Shown: positions 21,782 through 33,397 of the stretch, piece by piece
Numbering within the stretch: position 1 is the stretch's first letter
Layout of the letters: each line of letters starts with the position of its first letter
Origin: Cystobasidiomycetes sp. EMM_F5
Taxonomy: Eukaryota
Length of the DNA stretch: 64,000 nucleotides
Direction of reading: 5' to 3'
NCBI GenBank assembly: GCA_051047955.1
Contig: JBPGPT010000039.1
Span: 1-64,000 of the forward strand
Position numbers and translations under genes: made by a program
The notes under the pieces: model-generated
Database searches by the model: none
Told to the model about the DNA's origin: nothing
Seen by the model: only the letters and a program-made list of their open reading frames with translations

Positions 21782-22262
21782 TCAAGCTTCCTCCTTTTCG
21801 AGCTGCTCCCTCCACGTTCTCCAGTGTTCGCCCTGCGCTTTTGCCAGTTCTGTTGCGCTCGCATCCTGTGCTATGGCTTCCCGGAATGCGGGGCTCTCGA
21901 CGAGCAGCTCGAGGTGGTGAAAGCACTGCGGATAGTGGACAAACTTGCTGTAGCTAGGTCTGCGAAAGTAAGCGAGGTAGTCGAGGTACTGGATGAATGC
22001 AGGATTGGAGAGGACGCCTTGCTGAGCCAGAGCTGAGCAATATCAGTAGGGATGCACCTCGTCAGCCCCGTCTGTTAGCTGGCCATTGCTCCAATTTGCG
22101 CACTCTGCAGATAGAATGGGTTGGCGAGGCATTGCACAAACTGGAGCACAAATGGGTCCAGGTCAGCGTCAGTATGCTGCCATTGCATTTGTATTAAATA
22201 CAAACCTCGAGGTCAGCTTCAAAGCGAGCTCGGTTGGCAGCCTTGAAGGCTTCCGAAGTCAT
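21782..22262 (-). CDS. MED31: Mediator subunit 31 (Soh1)
   Basis: Manual splicing of 3 exons gives MTSEAFKAANRARFEADLE|FVQCLANPFYLQ|TLAQQGVLSNPAFIQYLDYLAYFRRPSYSKFVHYPQCFHHLELL...FREAI...HWRTWR, the classic SOH1 signature. Not present in the ORF track. Confidence 0.92.
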
Positions 22263-22478
22263 GGCGGGCAGTCGTGGTGAGATGAACGACTTCAAGCAAG
22301 TCTGCAGACTGCACGAGCTGATGTTGGCAAGTACACGGCACTGACGCTAGCATACACGGCCCATAACAGACACAACAGACCCTTGCGCAAAGGCAAACGC
22401 TGAATACTCCTTCACTTCCAAAATCCCCGCTCAGACCCCATCGCCCAACGCATAGCAAAATGCGGGGAAACAATCCAT

Positions 22479-25400
22479 TCAACCCAGCGTACCGGCAGCT
22501 AGGGTACCTTGTCCTCTCTCCGGATCCGCCTGTGTTCATCGTCGTCATCAGCTAACTCATCGCCATGCTACTCCACACCTGCTCACAATCTTGATAATCT
22601 TGACCCCGGCGGCAGTAGCATGCCCGCCAGCCATCGCCTGCGGACTAATCAAAATCATTTGCGTGTTGTTTGACGTTTGTCCAGCCTCGATCAGCTGGGA
22701 GAATTTGAAATAGTCAGGACAAGCAACAACAGAGTGTGACTTGTTTCGAAGTGCACAAACATACCATCTTGGTGGCGACTCCTCGGTTGACCGAGTCCAG
22801 GTAAACGTCGTACTCGTCGAGACCACGGATAGGGCATCCAGCAGACTGCCACAATGCCAACAACAAGCACACTGTCGAGAATGATCTGCAAGATTTGGGT
22901 AAATAATCATCAGCCGGACTCGCTCCCTTCAGTTGGATTCGGAGTACAGCAAAGGCTTACGCTTCTCCTCCAGACAGAGTGGCCGGATCCTTGATGCGCA
23001 ACGTCTTGATTGCAGACTCGGTTGGGTTCACTTCCATGACCAGCTTTTGCTGATCGTGCCTGAATTTCAAGTCGCCCTCGACTGAGATGTGCAACCATGA
23101 ATTAGCTGCGCGTCGCTTCTGCAAGAACCTCGCTACGTACAGCCACGCATCGTCAGATGATGTATAAACTGCATCCGGGCTCGCTGTCCAATATGATTTC
23201 TGAACAACATCCAGCGATCGACACGGATATTGTAAGCTGTGCGCAATGCCTGCAGTGCCAGGAGTATCTTAGTGTTCTACCCAAAATGTATCCGAAGGAC
23301 GGTACCCACCGAAATGCACTCGCGAAGATCCCGAGTCGTGGCGTCGGCAACCTCATATTCCTTCTTGGCTGCAATATATCGTTTGTGAATTGTCTCAGAA
23401 TCCCCGCCTACGGCTGCCTCCCGCGCTCTCAAAGCCTTTTCGAGGGACTTGATGTCTGTCTCGTATTTGCTAACTTTCTTGCCCTTGTCTAGATTGACTT
23501 CTGCTCTCGGACACATTCCAGCGGCCAAATCCATGTCGTTCTACACATTATTCCATCAGTACGTACATTGCCATCGATTGCGAATAAATCTTCCCCTTAC
23601 CTGCAGTTTCTCTTCCATCTGCCTCAGCTTAGCCTCTTTCTCCGCTACAAGCTCTCTTTTGGCCAGAAGCTGGTCCTCGCGCTTGCGCAACTGATCACGA
23701 GCCGTGACTTCTGCCGCAACTGCTTTCTCCAGTACCCCCTGCATCCAAGGTATGTCAGAAGGCCGCCGTACTCTATGCCTTTGCCAATGGTCAACTTACC
23801 TGCCGCTCGTTCATCGATGCAATTCGCTGATCCAGCATGGCCGCTATCGCTTCCAGTCGCTGACTGATAGGCACTGCTTCCTGCTTGAGATCAGAGACGT
23901 GAGCGTCGGCAGCTTCGTCTTGAGAACGTGCAGAGTCAATCTGCCTGGTTGCTTCCTGGAATAAGGAAAACGAATAAGATAAAGCTCGACTAGCTAAAGA
24001 AGAGACACTTACTGTGATAGAGTCTTCCAAAGCCCTGATATTTGGTGGCTCTTCCTCGCGCGTGTCCTCTTTAAGATTCTCAATGCGGACGACTAATTGT
24101 CGTAGTTGGCCAGAGCCGGCTCCAGCGTCATTCTGTACGGAATGATGTTAGTTTCGGAGGACCGGATGAGGATTTTCGGAAAGTGGGAGCTTGCCTCCAA
24201 TTTGCGTCTGCTTTGGGCTAAATTAGCAAGTTGGCGATCAAAGTGTTTGTACTGTTCCGCCGCCTCTCGTAGTCGAGCTTCGAGACCTTGGTGCTCTTCT
24301 TGAGCGCGCCTGTGAGGCGAGGACTGTCAGTACGGGCGATGATGCACACTTCATTGACCACATTTGACCAACCTTTTGTCAAGTTCAACATCTTGCGTCA
24401 ATCTTGTGTGCCCTCTCCATTCATTGAGCGCTTGGGTGCGCGCTCCGCCACCCCTGAAAGCGCTGAGATCAGACCGTGCTATTTGAAATGCCTAGAGTGG
24501 GGAGCCCTTACAAACCGCCAAGTTTGTAGCAGTCTTTAGAATAGCAATTGACGATGTTAGTGACACTCATGGCGTTGAACCTCATGATTCTGTCCCCCTC
24601 TTTGGGCGAGTCCACTATCACGGAACATTCGATTTTCGCAGAGTCAACCAGCAATTTGAAGACGGCTCGGTCCGTGATGTCAAGTACGTCCAAAAGTGTT
24701 ACAAATTTGTACGGCTGTAGATTTCCGTTTGGTTCGGTGATCACGCCGCGCGGCACTGAATTTACTTCGATCAGAGCGTTACTCCATCTATATGCAAACT
24801 AACTCACGCCCGCCTGAGAAGTCCCAATTGGCGTCAGATTCTACGAGGTAGATGGAATGTTTTCTGAGGCACACAGATCAACTAAGGTTACCTCTCAGGC
24901 CGGATTCGACGCACCCTCTCACGTCTTGAATAATGTTCTTCAGCTGCAATCGATCTTCCTCGTTCGTGACGATGAATGCATTGAGAGTTTCGCCAAGCAC
25001 ACTCTCGCACAGTCGGGAGCAGGAGCGATCTTTCAGCGTGACGTAACGTCCTACAGGTCCGATCTTTTATGCTGAAGAATTAGCACGTTCATATACGCAG
25101 TCTTGCTACTCGAGCGCACCGGTTTGTTTCGCCATCGTGCGGAATTTATAGCGGCTATGATTCTCGGCGCCTGAGGTCCGTAGGCCATTAGGTCATCAGC
25201 CTGCCGTGCCCTCAAGGACGCAATGATGGTTTCGTTATGCTGGAGAGCGTCACGCGCCGCCCGTTGTTCGTGGTCGGCCGCGTCACGAGCCTTCCGATCT
25301 TTGTCAGCTTGTTCGTCAATGACTCCCATCTCGGATCTACACCTCGCGACCTTCTCTGTAATCTCCTTTCTCTTCGCGTGGAGCTCCTCGAGCTCCGCTC

Positions 25401-27478
25401 TGGCCCGTAGCACTCGTTCGCGTTCGGATCCATCAAGCATCTTGCGAGCAGCCTCGATCTGTACGTTGTACTCCTTGATGTTGATTTGCAGATTCTTGAT
25501 TCCTTCCCCAGATCTTCTTTGTTCGTCCTGTCATGTCGTAGCCAGTCAGTAATACTCGCAGACAGTAAAATGACATTACTCACTTTGACCCTCTTGATTT
25601 TTGCGCCAATCTCCCTCTTTCGCACCGTCAATTCTCTCTGCTCGTCTTGCAAATCGTTGTTGTCATTGGCCGCGTCGTCCTTTCGTGCATCATTGACAGC
25701 CGCTTCTGCTTCCAACACGTTGTCCTTCAACTCCTTGATGAGACGGGTAGCCTTCCGCACAATGTCCTCTGCATCCATATGATTATCGACAGCTTTGGCA
25801 ACGTCCTGTCATTCAAACCAATAAGCGTTCGCCAGGGTAAAGCTCCAGAGGACCGATCCTACCTTTTCAGTCTCTTGCACTTTGGTCCAGGCAAGCTCAT
25901 TCTTCATGATGCGGATCTGAGTTTCCACCATACGAGCCTTTTCAATCTCCTTCCATGCAGTAGCCGCTTCCTTACACTTGTTCTTGAGCAGCTTGACCTT
26001 GTCAGTGTGGCTACCGACGGTCGACTTGAGCGCAATCGTTCGCTCGTTTATAGCATTGTACTCCTCGGTGAGCTGCGCCAGCTGAGTGCCCTTTAGAAAC
26101 ATTCTATACTTCTCCTGCGCACTCTTAGACCTGATGAACTCTTTAGCCATGTCTTGATTTAGAATCTAAGTCCGTTGAAGAAAGTCATAGTCAGCATGGA
26201 TGATCCCAAAACAAGACGCAATCAATGGAGAACATACATTGATTGGATTTTCCACTTGAATCATGAAGAAATCGCAAATGCTAGCGACCTCTTCGCGCTT
26301 GGTAGACACTGTGACTTTCTCAGCATTCTGGATCTTGAAGGTACTCGAGCCGTTTGCGGTGACTCTGCGAATAATCCAGATTGTTTTGCCATACACTTCC
26401 GGTCGATACGCTTCCTCTCCTCTGTTGCGCACGGAGAGTGCGACCTCGGCGTAGCTGTGTACGACCTGAGATCAGCCGGTTGCAACGCCATGGGCCACAT
26501 TGACTTACGTAGCGCCTCTCTGTACAAAGTCCTTCTGACTGGCGGCGCGATTCTGGCGTTATTATGGCGCACTCAGTATGCGCCACAAGCCGCTACATCG
26601 TCTGCTCACAGTGACAGCGGCTTTAGCGCCGAATCCGAATGTGATTGCGGCCAGTACGACACTCTTGCCACCTGAATGTACACAGTATGCTTTTGCTCAG
26701 TCACCCGAGGAAAGGAATGACGAGCAGGCTACATACTTCCGTTATGCCCAATGATGAAGTTGATCTGAGGACCGAACGTCACTTCTAAGTGCTTGTGGCA
26801 CATGAAGTTCTTTAGACTGAATACGTGTGTCAGTTGCGTTGAAGGCCGATAGCAAGCGAGTCTACAATATCCACGCACATGATCTTGTCTAGAATACCAG
26901 CTTCGGCGATAATCTGATGTCGAAAGTCAGTATGTATTCCGTACCCTTGAGACGCGTTCAAAGAAGACTTACTCCACGCTCCCGATGACGTCCGAGTTCG
27001 GCAGCGCCTTGAGTGATGTACGCTTCCTCTTCAGGATCAACTTCGCTTTCTGCATCGCTATCGCCGCCTGCTTCATGTAACGATCTCATCAGCATCACAC
27101 CAAAACACCTATTCTACACGTATTCCGCTTGCCATCTCCGGGCGGCGGAGGCAGCAAAGGCGGTCTCTGCTGGCTGGCTTCATCTTCGTCGAGCTCGTCG
27201 AGCTCGTCAGCGTCGTCTCCATCCGAATCACGCGCCCCGTTGGATGTTATTGTTGTTAGATTGGAAGCGCCGTTCAAGCGTGTCCGCTGCAGCAATAAGC
27301 CATCACCAAGAGCAGCACAGTCACCAGATCGAGCCATACAAGTCAGCTTGTGCCAGTCTAGACTTGCAGTAACCCGCCATTGCATGACTGCCCGCACCTT
27401 TGACCTGGCTGACCCAGTACTGACATCGACAGAGGGGTCGTTGTTTTCCTCGTCGCTGTCTGCTGGTCGCTTCACCAT
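22479..27478 (-). CDS. SMC6: Structural maintenance of chromosomes protein 6
   Basis: N-head NFMCHKHL..FGPQINFIIGHNGS|GKS, IQVENP, coiled coils, hinge segment, C-head LSGGE and GLDEYDVYLDSVNR, QMILISPQ. Many introns. Confidence 0.92.
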
Positions 27479-27825
27479 CGCTGATATTGCTCCAGGAGCT
27501 GTTTATTCTTGTCGGAGGCTGGTCGCCGGTTGATGCAAAACAAAAAGAAAATAAACAAGTCAAGTTCAACCTGAGGTGTTTTTGAGGGGCAGGCGACAGG
27601 CTGGATGCTCATTTAGCGGGACATGAACGCGAAGAACTCGTTCTAATGGCTGCAGCTGGCTCACACTGGCCACTGTACGCGGTTTCAAACGCGCAAAACG
27701 CGTAAACATGTCAAATGCCAGACCAAATTGCGTGTATGCTACATCAGATCTGCACAACGATCTCCTGACTAGTTACCAATGTCTCGCACCCTTTCGGTGA
27801 CCCTTGTTGTTGTACTTCCGCTACG

Positions 27826-30800
27826 TCAATCCTCCTCATTCTCCTGTCGTAAAGACTCATAGTGCTGTTTCTGCAGCTTGTGTCGCATATAGAGTGTCCA
27901 AGCAAGTGTGCTGATTGCGACTAGTGCGACGAGGCCTAGGACGACCGTCTGGTATAGATAGATTTCATAATGCGGGGAGAGCAATCAGCAGACATTCAGG
28001 GCTGCATCGTATAAACGTGAAACAGGTTACTCACCAATACGATATAACCCCATCGATGGAACCAGCTCGGATAGTATGGCTCGAGTACTGTATCGATCAG
28101 GAGTACACCTCCGCCAAACACCATAGTTGCCGCTGAGCTGCTCGTCTCCACATCCCCGTCAAAGCCCGCACGCTGCCGGATGAGCGGAGTATTACGGCCG
28201 TGGTTGATTATACGAGCTGCATCATGGTTGCCATCGGTGCCTCGTGCGCCTTGTATGCCGACCAACCACTCTCCCTCGCCTGCTTGCCGGAAAGAGACGG
28301 CGCCGTACTTGGACGAACCGCCTTCGGAAGTACTGTACAATGTCGGATAGACAGCCTCATCCAGCAAGGCGATAGGCCTGCCATCTGAAGGGAACTTGAG
28401 AGGATCCTTCAGTGCTCCCTTGGCAGGTGGCGCTGATGGGATAATGTGCAATTGTACAAGCGCCAATAGTGACGTAGTATCATTCAGATACTTCTGAAGA
28501 TTGATGCGCGTGAAGGCCTTGTCTGTCGGGCACAGTATAGTATACGAAGAATGCTGAAACAGCTCCTTCTTGATTTGGCGTCTCTTACGACGCCTTTTAC
28601 CGAAGGTCTCAATCACATCGGTTCCCTGACTTGGTTCTGGTAGACCATCGGCAATCCAAGATAAATTGGCCAATCGAAGCAGATCCGGAAAAGTTGTTGC
28701 TTTGGCACCACGCATGAGTTTGGCGGACGTCATGTTCAAGCTCGGTGGGAGCTCTACCTGGTCGATGACATGTAAAACACCAGTCGAAGTCAGCAGATCT
28801 GCATCGACTATTTGAGCGTCGCGGTTATCGCCGTTGGCTGGGAATCCGCCTGCTCGAGGCCCGTGCACGTGTACCTTCTCGGACGCGTTAACGGGTCTAT
28901 CGAGATAGATGTCGGATCCATCAAGCGTCTTGTGATGCGTGTTGTCAAATGGTAGGTCGTCCAAGTACGTAATGCCCTTGACAGCGTGGTACTTCAATAA
29001 TCTCCGCAATTCCTCCTGTGCACTAGGAGCCAAAAAGTAATTCAAAGCGAGACCTAGAAAGTCGAAAGCTGCGTTTGTCGGTGCAAGATACGTGGTTGCC
29101 GGTGCACCACTTGAGAATTTATGATCAAGTCCAGCCGTATACACTGACGCCACAAATGTCGACAGTCCGCGATCGAGAGCTGTCGTGATGACGCTGTCTG
29201 GAGGTGACAGGATGTGGGAGAGCAAGTAAATGACGGATCCACCGATTTCTATGGGATCAGCTACCACGCTCGCACTACCAAACCCAATCTCCCTGCTTTC
29301 TGTCGACCCAAGTTTGTTGTCTGTGATGGAAACGGCAATCCTTTGCTGCTCGCCTCCCAGATCATGCGACCGCAGCATAGTCTTGAGTAGTTGTCCGTCT
29401 TGCAGATGCTTCTTACTCCATTTGCCTTCAAGTATATGATATGAGAGTGTGTGCTGCAGGTCTTGGCTGCCCGTAGGTGGTATCGCATGCCACGGACTTT
29501 GCGAGAGGCGCTCAATGACATCGTCCCGCACTGCCAGAATTGTGTAAGATCCGTTGTTGGTTGGATTGTGCGGAGATGATTGCAGAAGATGCGACAAGCC
29601 GGCGGTTCGAAACATCTCGACAAATTTGGTAGCATTGAGTGCAATCAGGTATTTCTCTGCAGTCAGTGCGAGCGAACCTAGAGGTAACAGGAGCGAGTCC
29701 ACGATGTGCATGACGCCATTGCTGGCTAGGATATCGCCAGCTACTATGTTCGAGCCATTTACTGAGATGTGGCCTTCTTTATTCTCCACCGTCAAGGGTT
29801 GGCCAGACAAGGCGGGGACTGCTAAAGTCGGTAAGCTTACATATAGCGGCCACAGCAATTGGGCTTCTTTACCGGTTTGCTTGGCAACAAGCCTATCTAA
29901 GTAGCCGACCTTGTCATACTGGCTATCCGAATCACAGTACATGCTCTGATGATTGCTCGCAATTTCGAGGATATCGTCGGCAGCGTAACCGCTTGTCAGG
30001 TACCGCCACTCCAGCGGATCCAGTGCATCAAACGCCTTGTCTTGAGGTGCAAACAACGTCAAGTGTCCAACTGTTGCTAACTTGTCTGATAGTCCAGCAG
30101 CAAGCAAGCTAGAGAATTTGCTCAGACCGCTGCCGTCTTCTGTGTAGTTACTTCTCTGACGTAATTGGTGCTGGAGTGAGTGTGGAGGTTCGAGCACTCT
30201 CTCAATAGCAATGACGACTCCGTTCTTTGCGCCTCCACCTTTGTTGGCAATCACGGATACGCCGTTCTGGCCGTTCTCATCCAAACCAACGATTAGATTA
30301 GCGTAAGAATCGATTGGTGTGATATTGAAAGCGGAGAACAAGTGATCTCGCCCGACTTCTCTTCTGCCAATGACGAGCTTCTGGCCTTCGCCGCCCAGCA
30401 GAGTATTCTCTGGATCTGGATATGGCGTATCTCCCGGTCTCCCGTGCTGTTCGTGCGTTGTGGGGAAAAGGAGTGTAGTTTCTCTTGAGATGTTGGACAC
30501 AGAGTCAGTCGTTCTAGACGGATCTTGAAGTGTGTAATTGAGCATGTGGTAAAACAGCCGTTCTCGTAGGCGATTCTGAATGTTGTCGTGGTCGTTTTCG
30601 GCGGTTCCCGAATCAACCTGCCCATCGTTCTCGATGTACCACATCAGACTACCGCTGCCTCCCCCATGCTGCCGGATTGCATCGTTCGTAGGCGCAAATA
30701 TCGTTGCGGCCGTCATTCTGTTCAGCGTTGGAATTAGCCTGGCTCGCTGGAGGAGCCGGATGAAGAGGCTGAAGTCTGCGTCGCTCGACAGGACATCGAC

Positions 30801-30989
30801 GAGCGTCGTAGTAGCTGTTTGCACCGTTTCAAGGTCACTGCTCCCGATATTGGCAGTCAAATGCGTTTGAACTGCCGCACTGACGGGCAGCGTCATCGAA
30901 ACAGCGAGCATGACTGACAGCGCGGCAGCTGTGACTGGGCGACATATTGACGAGAGGCGCTTCCATCGTGTGCGAGTGGGCTGCGGCAT
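27826..30989 (-). CDS. Multi-FAS1 (fasciclin) domain type I membrane protein
   Basis: Signal-like N-terminus and repeated FAS1 motifs (TIFAPTNDA, TLFAPQDKAF, NGVMHIVDSLL, TYLAPTNAAF, GVLHVIDQV, TILCPTDKAF). The last exon (~27950-27826) gives a TM helix and the cytosolic tail HYESLRQENEED. Confidence 0.9.
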
Positions 30990-31275
30990 TATAACGAAAA
31001 AGATGCTCAGCTGGCAACCTTCGTCCAACATTGAAGACAAATGAAAGCCTCAAGGGGACATCCTTGAAACGACATCCGTCTGAACGCACGCACTGATGTT
31101 CTCACGCTGACGCGCCTGACAACAGAGATACACTAACATAAACACGCGTTAATGGCGTGCCGAAAGTGTCCTGAAAGCCCTTTTGTTGGGTTCTGCGCCC
31201 TCATCCGACGGCCTGAAATGCACGACGTTAAGGCATGCGAGAAGCCTTCAGCCTTGCGACGACACCGTCCATAAC

Positions 31276-32164
31276 ATGCGCCGGGTGTTGAAACCTCCCA
31301 GCAATGCCCCGCAACCCAGACCGAGGCGCAACCTGCCGTCATCAGGGCTCATCACTACGGTCGTGTATGGCCTGGGCAACAACAACGCTCTGACTAGTAA
31401 ACACAGCGTTCGTGCCGCTTCAACTTCAGTGTATCGCTTGACGACTCACTGCGAATGCTATCCACAGATTGGTCAGTATGTATTACTTTCGCTAGCAAAG
31501 TTGGCATCAGATGGCAAGGCGTGCTTCTGGGAACAGGACAAGAGTCTGGAGGGATTCAGAATGACTGTACACCGCGATGCGTCCAATGACCACCCAGCCC
31601 AGAAAGTCGTCTTTGTCAAGGTGAGAGGACGCTTTATGCTATTCGTCAGATGCTAACACAGAAGCACATCTTTGTCGTATCTTATATGTACACTAGAGTA
31701 AACATCTCATGAATTCTAGCGGAAAGACGGCTCGACTCATTGATAAGGCTTGGCCTGAACTCATACCTAGCGGCAAACTGCTCGTAATTCACGATGTCTT
31801 GAACCTTGAGCCGACGCAGACAATGCCGAGGAAGGATGGCCTTGACCAAGGTCATCTTGGTGTCCGAGACGTTATGGAAACGCTGAGAACAACAAATTTC
31901 CACCGCTTCGCTATCGGGATTGGCAGGCCTTCCGCTCAAGCTCGGAGACGCGGGACAACCGCAGGTTGGGTGACGAGCCAATGCGGAAGAGACGAGCTGG
32001 ATGCTTGTGACGATAATGGCAGCGTAACATTGACGGCATGGAGCTGGCTGCATGACATAATGTACCCGTCTCTCGAGAGCAAGCCGAGACGGCAGCCTGC
32101 CAAGATGCCCAGGAAGGTTTGGGAGGCTTTGAAAGCTTACGAGATGTCAAGATGCACTCTGTGA
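31276..32164 (+). CDS. PTH1: Peptidyl-tRNA hydrolase (Pth1-type), copy 1
   Basis: Exons ~31276-31407, 31468-31620, 31697-32164. Motifs YGLGN..KHS|IG, MNSSG, VIHD, GHLG, RFAIGIGRP. Confidence 0.8.
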
Positions 32165-32433
32165 CTACACTGGTCCAGCAGAGAAGCGATCCAGAGATCG
32201 TTATCAGTAATGGTATCAATGTCAGTCGGAAAGCCGAGAGGATTCGAGATTCTCGAGCGCTGAGGTGAAGAGATTCGTAGAAGCGTTCCCTTGAAGTGTT
32301 GTCTCCTTATTAGCTTGTATTACAAGTCAAATGACTTAGCGGAGAAAGAACTTGCAGGGTCCAGCTCAACTTCGACCCGACTTCATGGCAACCTCGAGTC
32401 AGCAAACGTAGTCAACATGACTCCCTTCACGCC

Positions 32434-33273
32434 ATGTCCTTTCTAATGCAAACGTTACGACATGGCCTGATCCGATGTAATTATTCTACTTCGTCAGGTG
32501 TGACCGTCGTGTACGGCCTCGGGAACAGCCATTTGCCTGATACAAAGCACAACGTTGAGTCTGGACGTGTTCTGGCAATCGCACAGTACCATGCTGACCC
32601 ATGGCGGTTGTCCAGCTCGGACAGCGAGTCTTGGAGCCTCTGGCAAGACTGGCGGCCGATGGAAGGCAATGCTCTTGGTCGCAAGATAAACTGCTAGAAG
32701 GCTCTACTATCACTGTTCGTCGGCCTTCCGTGGACGATAGTCCAGCTCAGGAAATCGTATTTATCAAGGTCGGTGATGTCGCGAGGATTGCATGAGTCCG
32801 CAATCTGATTTCAGCTTTTGTTCTCTCGTACATACCTACAGAGCAAGCATGCCATGAATCTGAGCGGCAAGACGGCTCGCCAGATTGTCAAGCGGTGGCC
32901 TTCAATCTTAGCTGACGGTCGCTTTCTCGTCATTCACGATTATTTACACAAAGAGCCTGTGACATGTACAGCCAAGTCTGGTGGCTCCGCAGAGGGTCAC
33001 GGTGGTCTGAAGGACATCGTCGCAAAGCTCGGGACCCAAGAGTTCGAACGCTTCAAAATTGGAATAGGCAAACCTGCCACAGCTGAAGATCCCCGCTTGC
33101 AAAGGCTGTCGATTCCTGATTGGGTTCTAGGCCAATGCGGGCGGGACGAGCTGGAAGCTTGCGACGATAATGGAGTGATTGCTTTGGCTGCGTGGAACTG
33201 GCTCCGCACTATACTGTACCCCGTCTCAAACGTCAAGCAGATCAAGCGACGTGTCATTCCGCAACGCGGGTAG
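32434..33273 (+). CDS. PTH1: Peptidyl-tRNA hydrolase (Pth1-type), copy 2
   Basis: Exons ~32434-32553, 32616-32768, 32842-33273. Motifs YGLGN..TKHN|LG, MNLSG, VIHD, GGSAEGHGGLKDI, RFKIGIGKP, WVLG. Confidence 0.85.
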
Positions 33274-33397
33274 ATATCTGCCTCAATAGTGCTTTATACA
33301 AACTAGGCTCCTGATCCTGACCGTCTGGCTACAAGTTTTGACCCGAAAGTCAGTCAGCAAGTGCTGCTCACAAAACATCACCTCACTCTATACGCCT

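Noticed and set aside
3162..22262. Two Mediator subunit genes (MED17, MED31) in one window as a functional cluster
   Set aside because: About 16 kb apart with unrelated genes between. Plausibly chance in a compact genome.
22479..27478. Fragmented ORFs suggesting pseudogenes (SMC6, bestrophin, SHY1)
   Set aside because: The breaks I checked coincide with short GT..AG introns with branch sites, and key motifs are intact.
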